Under the pieces are notes generated by a model. That model did not search any database, was not told where the DNA came from, and saw only the letters and a list, made by a program, of their open reading frames with translations. The position numbers were made by a program, and so were the translations under genes. A DNA stretch of 64,000 nt from Actinomycetes bacterium (GTDB taxonomy: Bacteria > Actinomycetota > Actinomycetes > Prado026), in the NCBI GenBank assembly GCA_038252405.1, contig JBBSAJ010000003.1, positions 72,381 to 136,380 of the forward strand, given 5' to 3'. Of the stretch, positions 1 to 10,331 are shown piece by piece. How positions within the stretch are numbered: the stretch's first letter is position 1; each line of letters opens with the position of its first letter.

Positions 1-199
1 CGGCGCGCTCCGCCGCCCGAAGGATCGCCTCCGCCGACGGCGCCTCGTAGAGGCAGTAGGTCTTGCGCTTGTCCGCCGAGAGGAACGAGTACAGCCACCG
101 CACCCCCTCGGCTTCGTTGATCCGGTTGATGCCGTCGGCGACCTCTGCGGTGACGTCGAGCTGGTCCGCAAACCGCCGTTCGACCATGAACACGGGCAT
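1..199 (-). CDS. DUF4242 (SCO4226-like) domain protein, runs off window edge
   Basis: Manual translation from ATG at 199: MPVFMVERRFADQLDVTAEVADGINRINEAEGVRWLYSFLSADKRKTYCLYEAPSAEAI..., with the typical WxxS...KxxCxYEAP motif. Confidence 0.8.
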   Translation of the reverse strand, partial: MPVFMVERRFADQLDVTAEVADGINRINEAEGVRWLYSFLSADKRKTYCLYEAPSAEAILRAAERA

Positions 200-282
200 G
201 GCTGCCCCCTTCCGCACCTGGCCGCGCCCAACGTACTCGTCTCAGCGCTGGTCCTCCAGTGGTCGCAGCCGACCACGACCGC

Positions 283-1536
283 TCACGTGCCCTCACTCTG
301 GGGCACGACCACATCGACCGAGGGACGCCGGCGCAGCACGAGGGCCCCCATGGCCGCGGCGACCAGGGCGGCTGCGGCGCCTACCCCGAGCGCCCACCGC
401 GGTCCGGCGTGCTGGGCGATCCAGCCCACGATCGGGCCACCCACGGGAGTGCTGCCGAGGAACGCCACCGCCCACAGCGCCATCACTCTTCCGCGCATCG
501 CCGGCGCGGAGTTGAGCTGGAGCGTGGCGTTGCCGGTGGACAGGAACCAGACGCTGGCCGCTCCCACAGCCACGAGCGACGCCGCCGCGAGCAACAGCGT
601 CGGGGTGAGCGCGGTGAGCAGGTCGGTGACCCCGAAGACGAAGGCGGATGCCACCATGGGCGCGATCCCGGTGACCGACCGTCCGGCGCTGACCAGGCCG
701 CCGATCACCGCACCGACCCCCATGGCGGCGGTGATCAGCCCATAGTCCCGGGCGTCGCCGTTGAAGGTGTGCGTCACCAGCGCCGGGAGCACCACCTGGA
801 ACTCGTAGGTCAGGGTTCCGACCAGCGCCATCATGAGCAGCGGGACCAGCAGCTCGGGGGTGCGCCGCACGTAGCGAAGCCCCTCCCGCAGCTGGCCAGG
901 CAGGCGCTGCACCGGCTCGGACTGCGCCAGCTGGCTGCGGTGCATCGTCAGGTAGGCCACGATCACCGCCCCGAAGCTGACTGCGTTGACCAGGAAGCAC
1001 GCACCCACCCCGACGCTCGCGATGAGCACGCCGGCGACCGCGGGCCCGACAGCGCGGGCCACGTTGACCAGCACCGAGTTCAGGCTCACCGCGTTGCGGA
1101 CCTGGTCCCCGCTGACCATCTCCCGGACGAACGCCTGCCGGGCCGGGTTGTCCAGGACGTTGACCAGCCCCAGGCCGAGGGACAACGCCAGCACCCAGGC
1201 GAGCGTCACGTGACCGTTGACCGTCAGCACGCCCAGCGCCAGAGCCTGGACGGCGGCGGCCAGCTGGGTGCCGATCAGCAGCCGCCGCTTGTCGACCCGG
1301 TCGACCACGACGCCGCCGTACGGTCCGAGGAGGAGGATCGGCAGGAACTGCAGGGCGACAGCCAGTCCGAGCCAGGTTGCGGAGTGGGTCAGCTGGAGCA
1401 CCAGCCAGGCGGCCGCGACCGACTGCATCCAGGTGCCGACCAGCGAGACGACCTGGCCGATGAAGAACCGGCGATAGTTGGTGTTCTCCAGCGACGCGAA
1501 GGTCCGCGTGGACCAGTCCCGAAGCGCGTCCGTCAT
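283..1536 (-). CDS. MFS transporter (MFS_3 / DHA3-like)
   Basis: 417 aa, about 12 hydrophobic segments, N-terminal NYRRFFIGQVVSLVGTWMQ and GVVVDRVDKRR motif A. Confidence 0.9.
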   Translation of the reverse strand: MTDALRDWSTRTFASLENTNYRRFFIGQVVSLVGTWMQSVAAAWLVLQLTHSATWLGLAVALQFLPILLLGPYGGVVVDRVDKRRLLIGTQLAAAVQALALGVLTVNGHVTLAWVLALSLGLGLVNVLDNPARQAFVREMVSGDQVRNAVSLNSVLVNVARAVGPAVAGVLIASVGVGACFLVNAVSFGAVIVAYLTMHRSQLAQSEPVQRLPGQLREGLRYVRRTPELLVPLLMMALVGTLTYEFQVVLPALVTHTFNGDARDYGLITAAMGVGAVIGGLVSAGRSVTGIAPMVASAFVFGVTDLLTALTPTLLLAAASLVAVGAASVWFLSTGNATLQLNSAPAMRGRVMALWAVAFLGSTPVGGPIVGWIAQHAGPRWALGVGAAAALVAAAMGALVLRRRPSVDVVVPQSEGT

Positions 1537-1834
1537 GGTCCGGTCAGTATCCCCCGAACTGGTTTGCCGGATGCAGGCACAAGCTGCTCAGCCGTAGACG
1601 GCACGAAGCACCGTGCAGGCGCGCAGGGTGACTGTGACCGGCGCGAACCCGGACCCGCCCGCGCACGGCGGGGGCGGACACTTCCACAGCCCCGCAGGGG
1701 GTCCGCATGGAGGTGGCCGGTCCAGGTCATGGCATGAGTCCACCCTGCCGACACCGGCCGAACAGTCCTCTTGCCACCCACTCAGATCCGACGCACGCTG
1801 GTGCGACGTCGTTGGATGCGAGAGGGTGCGCCAC

Positions 1835-2347
1835 ATGCCGACTGACTCCGAGCTGGTGGACCTCGAGGCCCGCCGTCAGGAGCTGCGTTCGCAGTACCTG
1901 CGTCCGGTCACGGAGCGAGCGCCGTCGCCGGGGAGGGGGATCCACCACGTGGCGCTGATCTGCTCCGACGTCGAGCGGACCATCCAGTTCTACCAGGACC
2001 TGCTCGGATTCCCGCTGGTGGAGCTGGTCGAGAACCGCGACTACCAGGGCTCGTCGCACTTCTTCTTCGACCTGGGCAACCAGACCCTGCTCGGGTTCTT
2101 CGATTTCCCCGGGCTCGGGCTCGACCAGGGCGCCGAGTCGATCGGAGCCGTCCAGCACATCGCGATCTCGGTGCCACGCGACCGTTGGGAGCAGATGCAG
2201 AAGCGCCTGGACGCCGCCGGCGCCCGCTACGTCGGTCCGGACCGCGGGATCGCCGAGTCGATGTACCTCCAGGACCCCGACGGCATCCAGATCGAGCTGC
2301 TGAGCGATCCGCTCATGTACTTCGCCGGCCGTCAGCTTGACGAGTAG
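1835..2347 (+). CDS. VOC/glyoxalase family protein
   Basis: GIHHVAL...QHIAI...YLQDPDGIQIEL metal-binding motifs; ATG at 1835 after AGAGGG. Confidence 0.85.
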   Translation: MPTDSELVDLEARRQELRSQYLRPVTERAPSPGRGIHHVALICSDVERTIQFYQDLLGFPLVELVENRDYQGSSHFFFDLGNQTLLGFFDFPGLGLDQGAESIGAVQHIAISVPRDRWEQMQKRLDAAGARYVGPDRGIAESMYLQDPDGIQIELLSDPLMYFAGRQLDE

Positions 2348-2359
2348 CGGAGGGTCGAC

Positions 2360-3268
2360 GTGCGCCTAGGGGTCGGCGTGCCGGTGTCGGGGTCCTGGGC
2401 CACACCAGCGAACATCCGCCGGATCGCCACGCTGTCGGAGGATCTCGGTTACGACTCGCTGTGGACCTTCCAGCGGTTGCTGCACCCGGTGGACGAGGAG
2501 TGGGGATCGGCGTACCACGGGGTGCTCGACCCGATCGCCGCGCTCGCCTACGTCGCCGCCATGACGTCGCGGATCCGGGTCGGGCTGGCCGTCGTCAACA
2601 TGCCGTACTACGCACCGCTGGTGCTGTCCAAGGCGCTGACCACCCTCGACGTCGTGTCCGACGGACGCCTCGAGGTGGGCCTCGGCCTGGGCTGGGCTGC
2701 GCCGGAGTTCGAGGCGGTCGGAGTCTCCCGGGCCGGTCGGGGCGCCCGCGCCGAGGAGTACGTCCGCTACCTCAAGACCACCTGGACCGAGGCGGAGCCG
2801 GAGTTCCACGGCGCGTACTACGACCTGCCCCGCTCCCTGGTGGAGCCCAAGCCGGTGCAGAAGCCGTACCCGCCGGTGCTCATGGGCGGGGCCGCCGAGG
2901 TGGCCCTGCGCCGGGTGGGCCGGATCGCTGACGGCTGGATCAGCAGCAGCCGCGCGAACCTGGCCACGATCGGGCAGTCCATCGAGGTGGTGCGCGCGGC
3001 CGCGGTCGAGGCGGGTCGAGACCCCGGTCCGCTGCGGTTCGTGGTGCGTGGCGTGGTCAAGCTGACGGACGACGACTTGCCGGACCGGCGTCCGCTGCAC
3101 GGCTCCGGGACCCAGATCAGAGCCGACCTGGAGGCACTGGCCGACCAGGGCGTGACCGAGGTCTTCTTCGACCTGAACTGGGACTCGGAGACCACCGCCG
3201 TCGAGGTCGACCCAGCCGATGCGCTGCACCGCGCGGAGCATCTGCTCCGTGCGTTCGCCCCCCAGTAA
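2360..3268 (+). CDS. LLM-class F420-dependent oxidoreductase
   Basis: GYDSLW, DPIAALAYVAAMTSRIRVG, LDVVSDGRLEVGLGLGW, PKPVQKPYPP motifs. Confidence 0.9.
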   Translation: MRLGVGVPVSGSWATPANIRRIATLSEDLGYDSLWTFQRLLHPVDEEWGSAYHGVLDPIAALAYVAAMTSRIRVGLAVVNMPYYAPLVLSKALTTLDVVSDGRLEVGLGLGWAAPEFEAVGVSRAGRGARAEEYVRYLKTTWTEAEPEFHGAYYDLPRSLVEPKPVQKPYPPVLMGGAAEVALRRVGRIADGWISSSRANLATIGQSIEVVRAAAVEAGRDPGPLRFVVRGVVKLTDDDLPDRRPLHGSGTQIRADLEALADQGVTEVFFDLNWDSETTAVEVDPADALHRAEHLLRAFAPQ

Positions 3269-3298
3269 GGCCCGACCGGGCTCCCTGTCCTCACGGGT

Positions 3299-3406
3299 AT
3301 GACCGAGTGGAACGCCATCACGCACGAGGGCAAGGACACGATCGTGCGGGTGGTGCGGGAGGAGCCCACACAGGTCGCCGAGGTCCAACACCCACCCGCC
3401 CGATGA
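3299..3406 (+). pseudogene. Probable 5' remnant of a maleylpyruvate-isomerase/mycothiol-dependent (MDMPI) family gene
   Basis: 35-aa ORF MTEWNAITHEGKDTIVRVVREE... resembles from memory the N-terminus of that family, then ends abruptly. Confidence 0.35.
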
Positions 3407-3498
3407 GCCCGGCCCGCACCTGCATCGTGTCTGCGAGGTTCGTCGGCACCGACGGTGCGGACCCCCGGGATGGTGTCAGGCCCGGGTCACCCAGCCGG

Positions 3499-3912
3499 CT
3501 AGCCGTGGACGACGAGGACGGGGCAGCTCGCGTGCTCGGCGCACTCCGCGCTCACCGAGCCGAGCAGCAGTCCGGTGAACCCGCCATGCCCACGGCTGCC
3601 GACGACGAGCATCTCCGCATGGCGCCCAGCTTCGATCAGGACCGAGGCGGTCCGACCCTCGCGTGCCACCGCCACCAGACTAGCCGGTCGATCGGACCCG
3701 AAGACGTCGTCCAGCGTCTCGTTCAGGATGGTCTCAGCGTCGCGGTCCGGCCGCCAGTCACCGGCCTCCACGGCCCACCCGTAGTTGGTGGGGAACTCCC
3801 ACGCGGCGATCGCCTCGATCGTGGCGCCGATCCCGGGAGCCAACCGCGCGGCCCAGCGCAGCGCCGCCTTCGACGGCTCCGACCCATCGACCCCGACCAC
3901 GATCCGACCCAC
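3499..3912 (-). CDS. Universal stress protein
   Basis: IVVGVDGS...LVVGSRGHGGFTGLLLGSVS...CPVLVV. Confidence 0.93.
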   Translation of the reverse strand: MGRIVVGVDGSEPSKAALRWAARLAPGIGATIEAIAAWEFPTNYGWAVEAGDWRPDRDAETILNETLDDVFGSDRPASLVAVAREGRTASVLIEAGRHAEMLVVGSRGHGGFTGLLLGSVSAECAEHASCPVLVVHG

Positions 3913-4052
3913 GGCTCCCCCTTGATTTGATGCGACTGGAACGGCTGGCTGTCCCCATCAGGCTGTCACGGCAGGGCACGCCAAACCAGACCGGGGGCTG
4001 GACAGACCCCGCGCGGAGGAGTTCGCTGAGATGACGACGGATAGGAGAGGTC

Positions 4053-4259
4053 ATCAGTGTCTACCGAGTGATCGACGTCATCGGGACGAGCCCCACGTCC
4101 TGGGAGGAGGCCGCGGCCGAGGCCATCGCCACCGCGGGCGGCTCGCTGCGCGACCTGCGCATCGCCGAGGTGATCAAGCAGGACATCGTGGTGGGCGACG
4201 GCGGGTCCCTGACCTACCGGACCAAGGTCCAGCTGTCCTTCAAGTACGAAGCCGACTGA
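4053..4259 (+). CDS. Dodecin family flavin-binding protein
   Basis: (M)SVYRVIDVIGTSPTSWEEAAAEAI...YRTKVQLSFKYE; expected start codon reads ATC at 4053, 5 nt after AGGAG (ORF track uses GTG 4068). Confidence 0.85.
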   Translation: MSVYRVIDVIGTSPTSWEEAAAEAIATAGGSLRDLRIAEVIKQDIVVGDGGSLTYRTKVQLSFKYEAD

Positions 4260-6988
4260 CCAGCCCGGTCCGGCCGCGAACCCCGAGCTTGCGGTAGACG
4301 TTGCTGAGGTGGAACTCCACCGTCCGTGGTGAGAGGAACAAGGCCCCGGCCACCTCGCGGTTGGACCGCCCGGCGGCCACCTCCCTGACCACCGCGAGTT
4401 CCTGCGCGGTCAGCGAAACGAGCGATGCTCCCGCGTCGTCGGCGGCGAGCTGGCTGCCACCGCAGGCCCGCAGTTCTTCGCTGGCCCGGGTCAGCCACGG
4501 GGTGGCAGCCAGCGACTCGAAGAGCCGGACGCTGGACGCCAGCTCGAGGCGCGCCTCGCGGCGGCGCCGGCTGCGCCGCAGCTGCTCCCCTCGCAGCAGC
4601 CGGGTGCGGGCCTCCTCGAACGGGTCCCCGGCTGCGGCGTGGGCCTCGAGCGCCTCGCCGTAGTGGCGGTCGGCCTCCTCGTCGGTCGCGGCGACGAGAG
4701 CTGCCACGCGCGCAGCCAGCGCCAGCGCCAGCGGGGTGCCCATCGCGGAGAGCAACGGCTGGATCCCGCAGGACCGGACCACGGCCGCGTCGCGGTCACC
4801 GCTGCGGACCAGCGCCTCGACCAGGTCGACCCGAGCGGTGAGCACGCCGTCGCGCAGGCCTCGGCCGAGGAAGGGGACGTCGGCAGCCGCCGCCAAGGAC
4901 GCGATGGCCGCCTCCAGCCGCCCCTCGACCAGCGCCCGCAGGCCGAGGGAGCGGTCGAGAGTCGCCAGCCGCCTGCGGTCGCCCCATCGGCCGGCCAGGT
5001 TCCGCAGCCGCGCCGCCTCCCGGCGCAGCACCTCGTCGTCCTCCGACAACGCAGCGAGCTCGACGGCCAAAGCGGCCATGCCCCGTTAGGCCCCCGTGGC
5101 CCCCACCCGCTCGGCCAGCGGCCGTCCCCGGGCCAGCAGGGCGCGAGCAGCGTCCCAGTCACCCCGGGCCCGGGCCAGCCAGGCCTGCATCCCCAAGAGG
5201 CAGGCCAGTGGCTCAGCTGCCTCTCCCATCTGCTCCTCAGCGACTGCCAGCCGCCGGGCCGCCCTCTCGCCCATGTCGAGCAACAAGTCGTCGAGCGTGA
5301 CGACGTCGAGCAAGGTAGCCAGGTCGAGGGTGGCCGGGTCGACCGCGTTGGCCTGGGACAGGGCCTCCGCACGTAGCTGCATGGCGCGCTCCACGTCGCC
5401 GGCCTCGAAGGCAGCCACGGCGAGCAGGGCCGTCCCAGTCCAGGCCGCCGTAGTCATGGACGGGTCGGGCGTGGCGGCACCCAGCTCGGCCACCTCGCGT
5501 GCCGCGCGCAGCCCCTGCTCCGGGTCACCCAGCGTCCAGGCTGTCGCAGCCGCCTCCCACAGCAGGTTCGGGAGCAGCTCGGGCGAAGATCACCGCGCGT
5601 CCTCGATGGCGGCCCACTGAGCGGACAGGCTGCCTGCCGAGTCGTTGTCGGCTCGAAGGGTCGCCCGGAGCCAGCGCACCCACCGGGCGCCTTCCGGTTC
5701 CAGCGGCGCGCCCTCGCCCAGGCCGAGCAGGCCGCCGACCGCCGAGCCGACGAGACCGAGGTGGACCACCAGCAGGATCCCGTGCAGCGCCCGCTCCACC
5801 CGGGCGTCCTCCGTGGGGGACAGCTGCGCCGCGGACTCCCATGCGCGGCAGGCGGCGTCGTAGTGGCCCAGCTGCTCCGCCCGGGCGGCCTGGTCCGCGA
5901 TCGCCGCCGCAGTCGGCTCATCGGGCAGGACGACGGATCGCCCGAGGTGGCGCACCACCACGGACGGAGGGAGCCCGAGCTGGCCCGCCGCCGTTGCGGC
6001 GCGCTCGTGGACCGCGCGGACCAGGTACGCGGGGGAAGTGTCGAGGACGACCTCGCGCACCATCGGGTGGGCGAACTGAGGGGTCGCCCCGGTGTGGACC
6101 ACGACCAGCCGGCCACGAACGGCCTCGTCCAGGTCAGCGGCGGCGCAGCCGCTGGCCGTGAGCAGCGCCGTCAGCAGAACCGGGTTGCTGCCGGCCACCG
6201 CCAGGCACAGCAACGCCAGCCGGGACGGCTCGGGCAGCCGGTCCAGCCCGCCGCTCCACGCGGCCGCCAGGGCTGGGGTGACCGGCAGCTGGTCGGGCAG
6301 CGGGACGCGGCCGGCGAACTGATCCGCGGTCAGCAGCTCAGTGACCTGGGTCAGGGCCAGCGGATGGCCCTGCAACGTCTGCGCGAGCGCCGCGAGCACC
6401 GACTCGTCGGCGGCGCCACCGAGCACCGAGCACCGAGCACCGAGCACCGAGAACCGAGCGCAGCAGGGTCACTGACTCGTCGGCGGACAGCGGTGACAGC
6501 TCCAGCCGCAGCCACCGCACGAAACGCTGCTCGACGTTCGGCGCCGGTCGAGCCGCCAGCAGCACACCGAGGGGCGCCTCGGCCGAGCGCTCGACGGCCA
6601 GGACGAACGCGGTCAGGGAGGCACCGTCCGCGTTCTGCACGTCGTCGACGATCAGCAGGACCGGCTCGGTGGCGGTCAGCCCCAGCAGCAGGTCGAGCAG
6701 TGCCGCGCTGCGCCGGCTGACGCCCGGGACGCTGGACGGAGCCGGCGCGCCGGCGGCCCGGAACAGTTCGTCCAGCAGGGCAAACGGCACATCCGCCTCG
6801 CCGTCTGGGACACGCACCCGGATGACACGGAGCCGGTGGCGGGCTGCTCGACGGGCCACGGTGCTCAGCAGCATGGTCTTGCCGATGCCGGGATCGCCGA
6901 CGACGAGTGCGCGCCCCCAGCCGCCCCCGTTGACGTCGGCCAGCATCTGGTCCAGGCGCCCCAACTCGCCGGACCGTCCGACGATCAC
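4240..6988 (-). pseudogene. LuxR-family AAA/STAND transcriptional regulator, disrupted
   Basis: Walker A GDPGIGKT and Walker B LLIVDDVQ in 6338-6988; LuxR HTH (LTAQELAVVREVAAGRSNREVAGALFLSPRTVEFHL) at the 3' end; frameshift at the 6417-6458 repeat plus in-frame TGA (5590-5592) and TAA (5086-5088). Confidence 0.88.
6417..6458. repeat. Heptamer tandem repeat (CACCGAG)x5 plus AACCGAG
   Basis: Read directly from the sequence. Confidence 0.95.
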
Positions 6989-7124
6989 AGCTTGACTGTG
7001 CCACCGGTACCGTCACCTCAGGCAGGGCCCAACGACCCTGGCGCGCTCGCTCCTAGCGGTCCACGCTGCCAGGTGAGCCGGGGGCGGGGCGGGCCCCCCG
7101 GACGACTTCCCGGGGGGGATCATC

Positions 7125-7520
7125 ATGACGGCACCGACGCTGCAGCACATCGCCCTGAGCGTGCGCGACATCGAGAAGAGCACCGACTGGTACACGCGGC
7201 TGTTCGACCTGGCGGTGGTCGCCGAGTTCTCCGAGCCGGCCCCGATGAAGGTCCTGATGGCCCCGAGCGGCCAGGCCATCGACCTGCGCCAGGACCCCAA
7301 CGTGCGGCCGGGCGACTTCACCCAGGAGCACATCGGGCTGGATCACGTCGGCTTCGGCTGCGCCGACCGCTCCGAGCTGGACACCTGGCAGCAGCTGCTG
7401 CAGGACGAGGGCGTGGTGCGGTCTGACATCGTGCAGTCACCGTTCGGCTGGCACCTGAACTTCCGCGACCCGGACGGGATCCCGCTGGAGTTCTTCCTGC
7501 CCGCGAGCGCTGGCTCCTGA
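7125..7520 (+). CDS. VOC/glyoxalase family protein
   Basis: LQHIALSVRD...GLDHVGF...NFRDPDGIPLEF; divergent from the LuxR pseudogene. Confidence 0.88.
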   Translation: MTAPTLQHIALSVRDIEKSTDWYTRLFDLAVVAEFSEPAPMKVLMAPSGQAIDLRQDPNVRPGDFTQEHIGLDHVGFGCADRSELDTWQQLLQDEGVVRSDIVQSPFGWHLNFRDPDGIPLEFFLPASAGS

Positions 7521-7560
7521 CGCTCACCGGAGCCAGTCGGCGGCTGGCGGCAGATCCTTC

Positions 7561-8346
7561 TCAGCGGCCCGAGAAGCGGGCCCGCCGTCGTTCGACGAAG
7601 CTGGCCAGGCCCTCGCGGGCGTCCTCGCTCGCCAGCACCCCTGGGAGCAGGCCGGCCAGGTGAGTCGACGCTGCCACCGGGCCTTCGGCCTCCCCGACCC
7701 GTGCGTTGGCCAGGGTGGCCTGCACCCCGAGCGGCGCCTGCGCGGCGATGGACCCAGCCAGCTGACGGGCCCGATCGAGCTGGGAGCCGGCCAGCACGAC
7801 CTCCTGCACCAGCCCGATGCGCAGTGCTTCCGCCGCGCCGAACTCCTCCGCGGTCAGCAGGAACCGCATCGCGTTGCCCCAGCCCAGCCGGGTGGTCGCC
7901 CGGAACGTCGCCCCGCCGAACGGCAGGATGCCGCGGGCGATCTCCAGCTGGGCGAACCGGACGTCGTCCGCGGCCACCACGATGTCCGCCGCGAGGGCCA
8001 GCTCGATGGACAGCGTGAAGGCGAGCCCCTGTACGGCCATCACGACGGGCTTCGGCACCGGGTCGCGCCAGACTCCGAACGGGTCGAACGCGTGGTTGCC
8101 GGAGAGCGCGGCCGGTCCCTGTGAGGCGACCGTGGCCCCCACCTCGGCCAGGTCCAGGCCGGCCGAGAAGTGCGGGCCATGGCCGAAGATCACCCCGACC
8201 CTGAGCTCGGGGTCCTGACCGAGCAGCTCGTAGGCCGCACCCAGCTCGTCGATGGTGGCCAGGTCCCAGGCGTTGCGCTTCTCTGGCCGGTTCACCCCCA
8301 TGAGGAGCACGTGCCCATCGCGTTCCACCGTCACCCGCTGCGTCAT
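7561..8346 (-). CDS. Crotonase/enoyl-CoA hydratase family protein
   Basis: NRPEKRNA, FSAGLDL, FAQLEIARGILPFGG, DAREGLASFVERR. Confidence 0.92.
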   Translation of the reverse strand: MTQRVTVERDGHVLLMGVNRPEKRNAWDLATIDELGAAYELLGQDPELRVGVIFGHGPHFSAGLDLAEVGATVASQGPAALSGNHAFDPFGVWRDPVPKPVVMAVQGLAFTLSIELALAADIVVAADDVRFAQLEIARGILPFGGATFRATTRLGWGNAMRFLLTAEEFGAAEALRIGLVQEVVLAGSQLDRARQLAGSIAAQAPLGVQATLANARVGEAEGPVAASTHLAGLLPGVLASEDAREGLASFVERRRARFSGR

Positions 8347-8372
8347 GGCGGCCATCCTCCCAGCCCTCCCCT

Positions 8373-8507
8373 CCCGCATGAAGGTGCCCTTCTATGCGCA
8401 AGGCCGCACACAACGCACCTTCATGGTCGGCGTCCTCCGGCGAACCGGCGTCCGATGAAGGGTGGGAAGTTGCGACCACGCGCACAGAAGGGCCCCTTCA
8501 TGCGGGG
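8373..8507. repeat. REP-like palindromic element pair in inverted orientation
   Basis: CCCGCATGAAGGTGCCCTTCTATGCGC (8373-8399) and GCGCACAGAAGGGCCCCTTCATGCGGG (8480-8506) are near reverse complements; related copies near 40857 and 43580. Confidence 0.7.
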
Positions 8508-8554
8508 AAAACCATCCCCTACGAATGAGACGACGGACGCCGGTCCCTGGTGAG

Positions 8555-9226
8555 ATGGTGCCCGTGACCAAAGCACCGGGTCCACGGCGTGGCGAGCGCC
8601 GCCTTCCGATGGCGCTCGCGGTCCTGGTCGCCGCGGGCCTGTACCTGTTCACCCCCGCGCAGTTCCGCGTGTGGGAGGCCCTTCAGGTCGGCTACCCCGC
8701 GTTCTTGATGGTGCTTCTCGTCATCCTCATCATCGGCGACCCCGGACGGATCGACCAAGACAGCCGCTGGCTGCGCGTCACCAGCGGCGCCATGGTGGCC
8801 ATCCTCACCCTGGGCACCGCCGTCAGCACCGTCCGGCTGGTGCTCGGCATCCTGCGAAAGGCGACGTTCACCAGCCCGGGAGAGCTGTTGACCATCGGGG
8901 TGATCGTCTGGGCTACCAACATCATCGCGTTCGCGCTGTGGTACTGGCTGCTCGACGCCGGCGGCCCCGCGGCGCGGGCGAACGGGCGCACGGACGCGCG
9001 GTCGGCGTTCCGGTTCCCGGAACAGGACATCCCCGAGCTGGCCGACTCCGGCTGGTACCCGCAGTTCGTCGACTACCTGGCGCTGTCCTTCAACACGTCC
9101 ACCGCTTTCAGCCCGGCCGACGTCTCCGCAATCCGACACTGGTCGAAGCTGTGGCTGATCGCCCAGGCTGCCGTGTCGCTCACGCTGGTGGTCCTCGTGG
9201 TCGCGCGCGCCGTCAACGTCTTGTGA
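8555..9226 (+). CDS. DUF1345-like membrane protein
   Basis: Several TM segments; FALWYW.LD.GGP and FVDYLALSFNTSTAFSPADV motifs. Confidence 0.75.
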   Translation: MVPVTKAPGPRRGERRLPMALAVLVAAGLYLFTPAQFRVWEALQVGYPAFLMVLLVILIIGDPGRIDQDSRWLRVTSGAMVAILTLGTAVSTVRLVLGILRKATFTSPGELLTIGVIVWATNIIAFALWYWLLDAGGPAARANGRTDARSAFRFPEQDIPELADSGWYPQFVDYLALSFNTSTAFSPADVSAIRHWSKLWLIAQAAVSLTLVVLVVARAVNVL

Positions 9227-9240
9227 ACTGAGGGTTCCCG

Positions 9241-9897
9241 GTGGATCTTGCCTCGCTGCTCACCCTGGCTCTGCTGGCGCTCTTCCTCGCCGTCCAGCCG
9301 TGGTCGGTGCTCGCGGCGATCCTCCTGGTGACTGCCCGCGGAGGGCTGAAGAAGGAGCTGGCCTTCGTCGGTGGCTGGGTCGCCGCCCTCTCCGTCGTCG
9401 CCGTGGTGACCGTGGTGGTGTACCCGAACGTGCCCAAGACGTCGACGGCGAGCCTGGGCCACGCAGGGGTGGAGCTGGCGGCCGGGTTGTTCCTGGCCGG
9501 TTGGCTGCTGCGGCGCTGGCGCCACCCGAAGAACGCAGAGACCGACAGCCAGCCCTCGTGGATGGGCCGGCTGGACACCATGTCACCGCTGCTGGTCTTC
9601 GCACTAGGCGCCTTCCTGCCGACCTACGCGGTCGTCGTGGCCGCCGTCTCCCAGCTGCTGACCAGCGGGCTGACCCAGGCGAGCCTGCTGGTTGCCGCAC
9701 TGGCGTGGGTGCTCCTCGCGTCGACCGGCGTCGCAGCCCCCCTCCTGGTGCTCGTGAGGGATCGGGAGCACGCACCCGAGACCTACCAGCGCTGGCGCGC
9801 GTGGATCACCGCACACAGCCGGGCCGTCCTGTACGGAGCCGGCGGCTTCGTGTCCCTCGTGCTGGCCGTCAAGGGCGTCGTCGGGCTGTTGAGCTGA
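9241..9897 (+). CDS. GAP/Sap (sulfolipid-1-addressing) family membrane protein
   Basis: About 6 TM segments, QPWSVLAAILLV N-terminus, PSWMGRLD loop, WITAHSR near the C-terminus. Confidence 0.7.
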   Translation: MDLASLLTLALLALFLAVQPWSVLAAILLVTARGGLKKELAFVGGWVAALSVVAVVTVVVYPNVPKTSTASLGHAGVELAAGLFLAGWLLRRWRHPKNAETDSQPSWMGRLDTMSPLLVFALGAFLPTYAVVVAAVSQLLTSGLTQASLLVAALAWVLLASTGVAAPLLVLVRDREHAPETYQRWRAWITAHSRAVLYGAGGFVSLVLAVKGVVGLLS

Positions 9898-9925
9898 CCC
9901 GCAGTTCATCCCTGAAGGAACGGGG

Positions 9926-10331
9926 TCGGTCAAGAGGGGGCTCCCAATCGGTTTTTGATCTTCTCCGCCGGGGGTGTGGGCGCGTCGAAGTAGGCGTCGG
10001 GGTCAAGGCTCGGGCGGAGCCCGACCGCGTAGCGGCCGTAGGGCCTTGAGGCCGGCGCCGTTTCGGCGCATCGTGTTCACCGCGGAGAAGGTTGCAGCTG
10101 ATGGCTCCCGGGTGTTGCTTGGGGGTTAGGGCGTTGCGCTCGTCAGTGCCGGTGGTCCGGCGGGTCGGGCAGGCCCATGGGGGCTGCCGGTCATCCCTTC
10201 GCCGCGGCAGGGCGGCATGATGGGGTGCGCAGTGCTCTGGTCGGCGGGGTCAATCAGAATCGGGCGACCACGCCAGCTCGGGGGTCATGACCTGCACGAC
10301 CCGCGCCGACCAGCCTTACCGGTTGCGACTG
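9926..10331 (-). ncRNA. Candidate bridge/seek RNA region in the 3' non-coding end of the IS
   Basis: About 400 nt without a credible ORF between the transposase stop and the right IR, the known location of the guide RNA in IS1111-type elements; boundaries not determined. Confidence 0.55.

Noticed and set aside
5086-5592. Stop-codon readthrough or recoding (selenocysteine, alternative code) in the LuxR gene
   Set aside because: Two different stop types plus a frameshift, and all other genes use the standard code, so pseudogenisation is simpler
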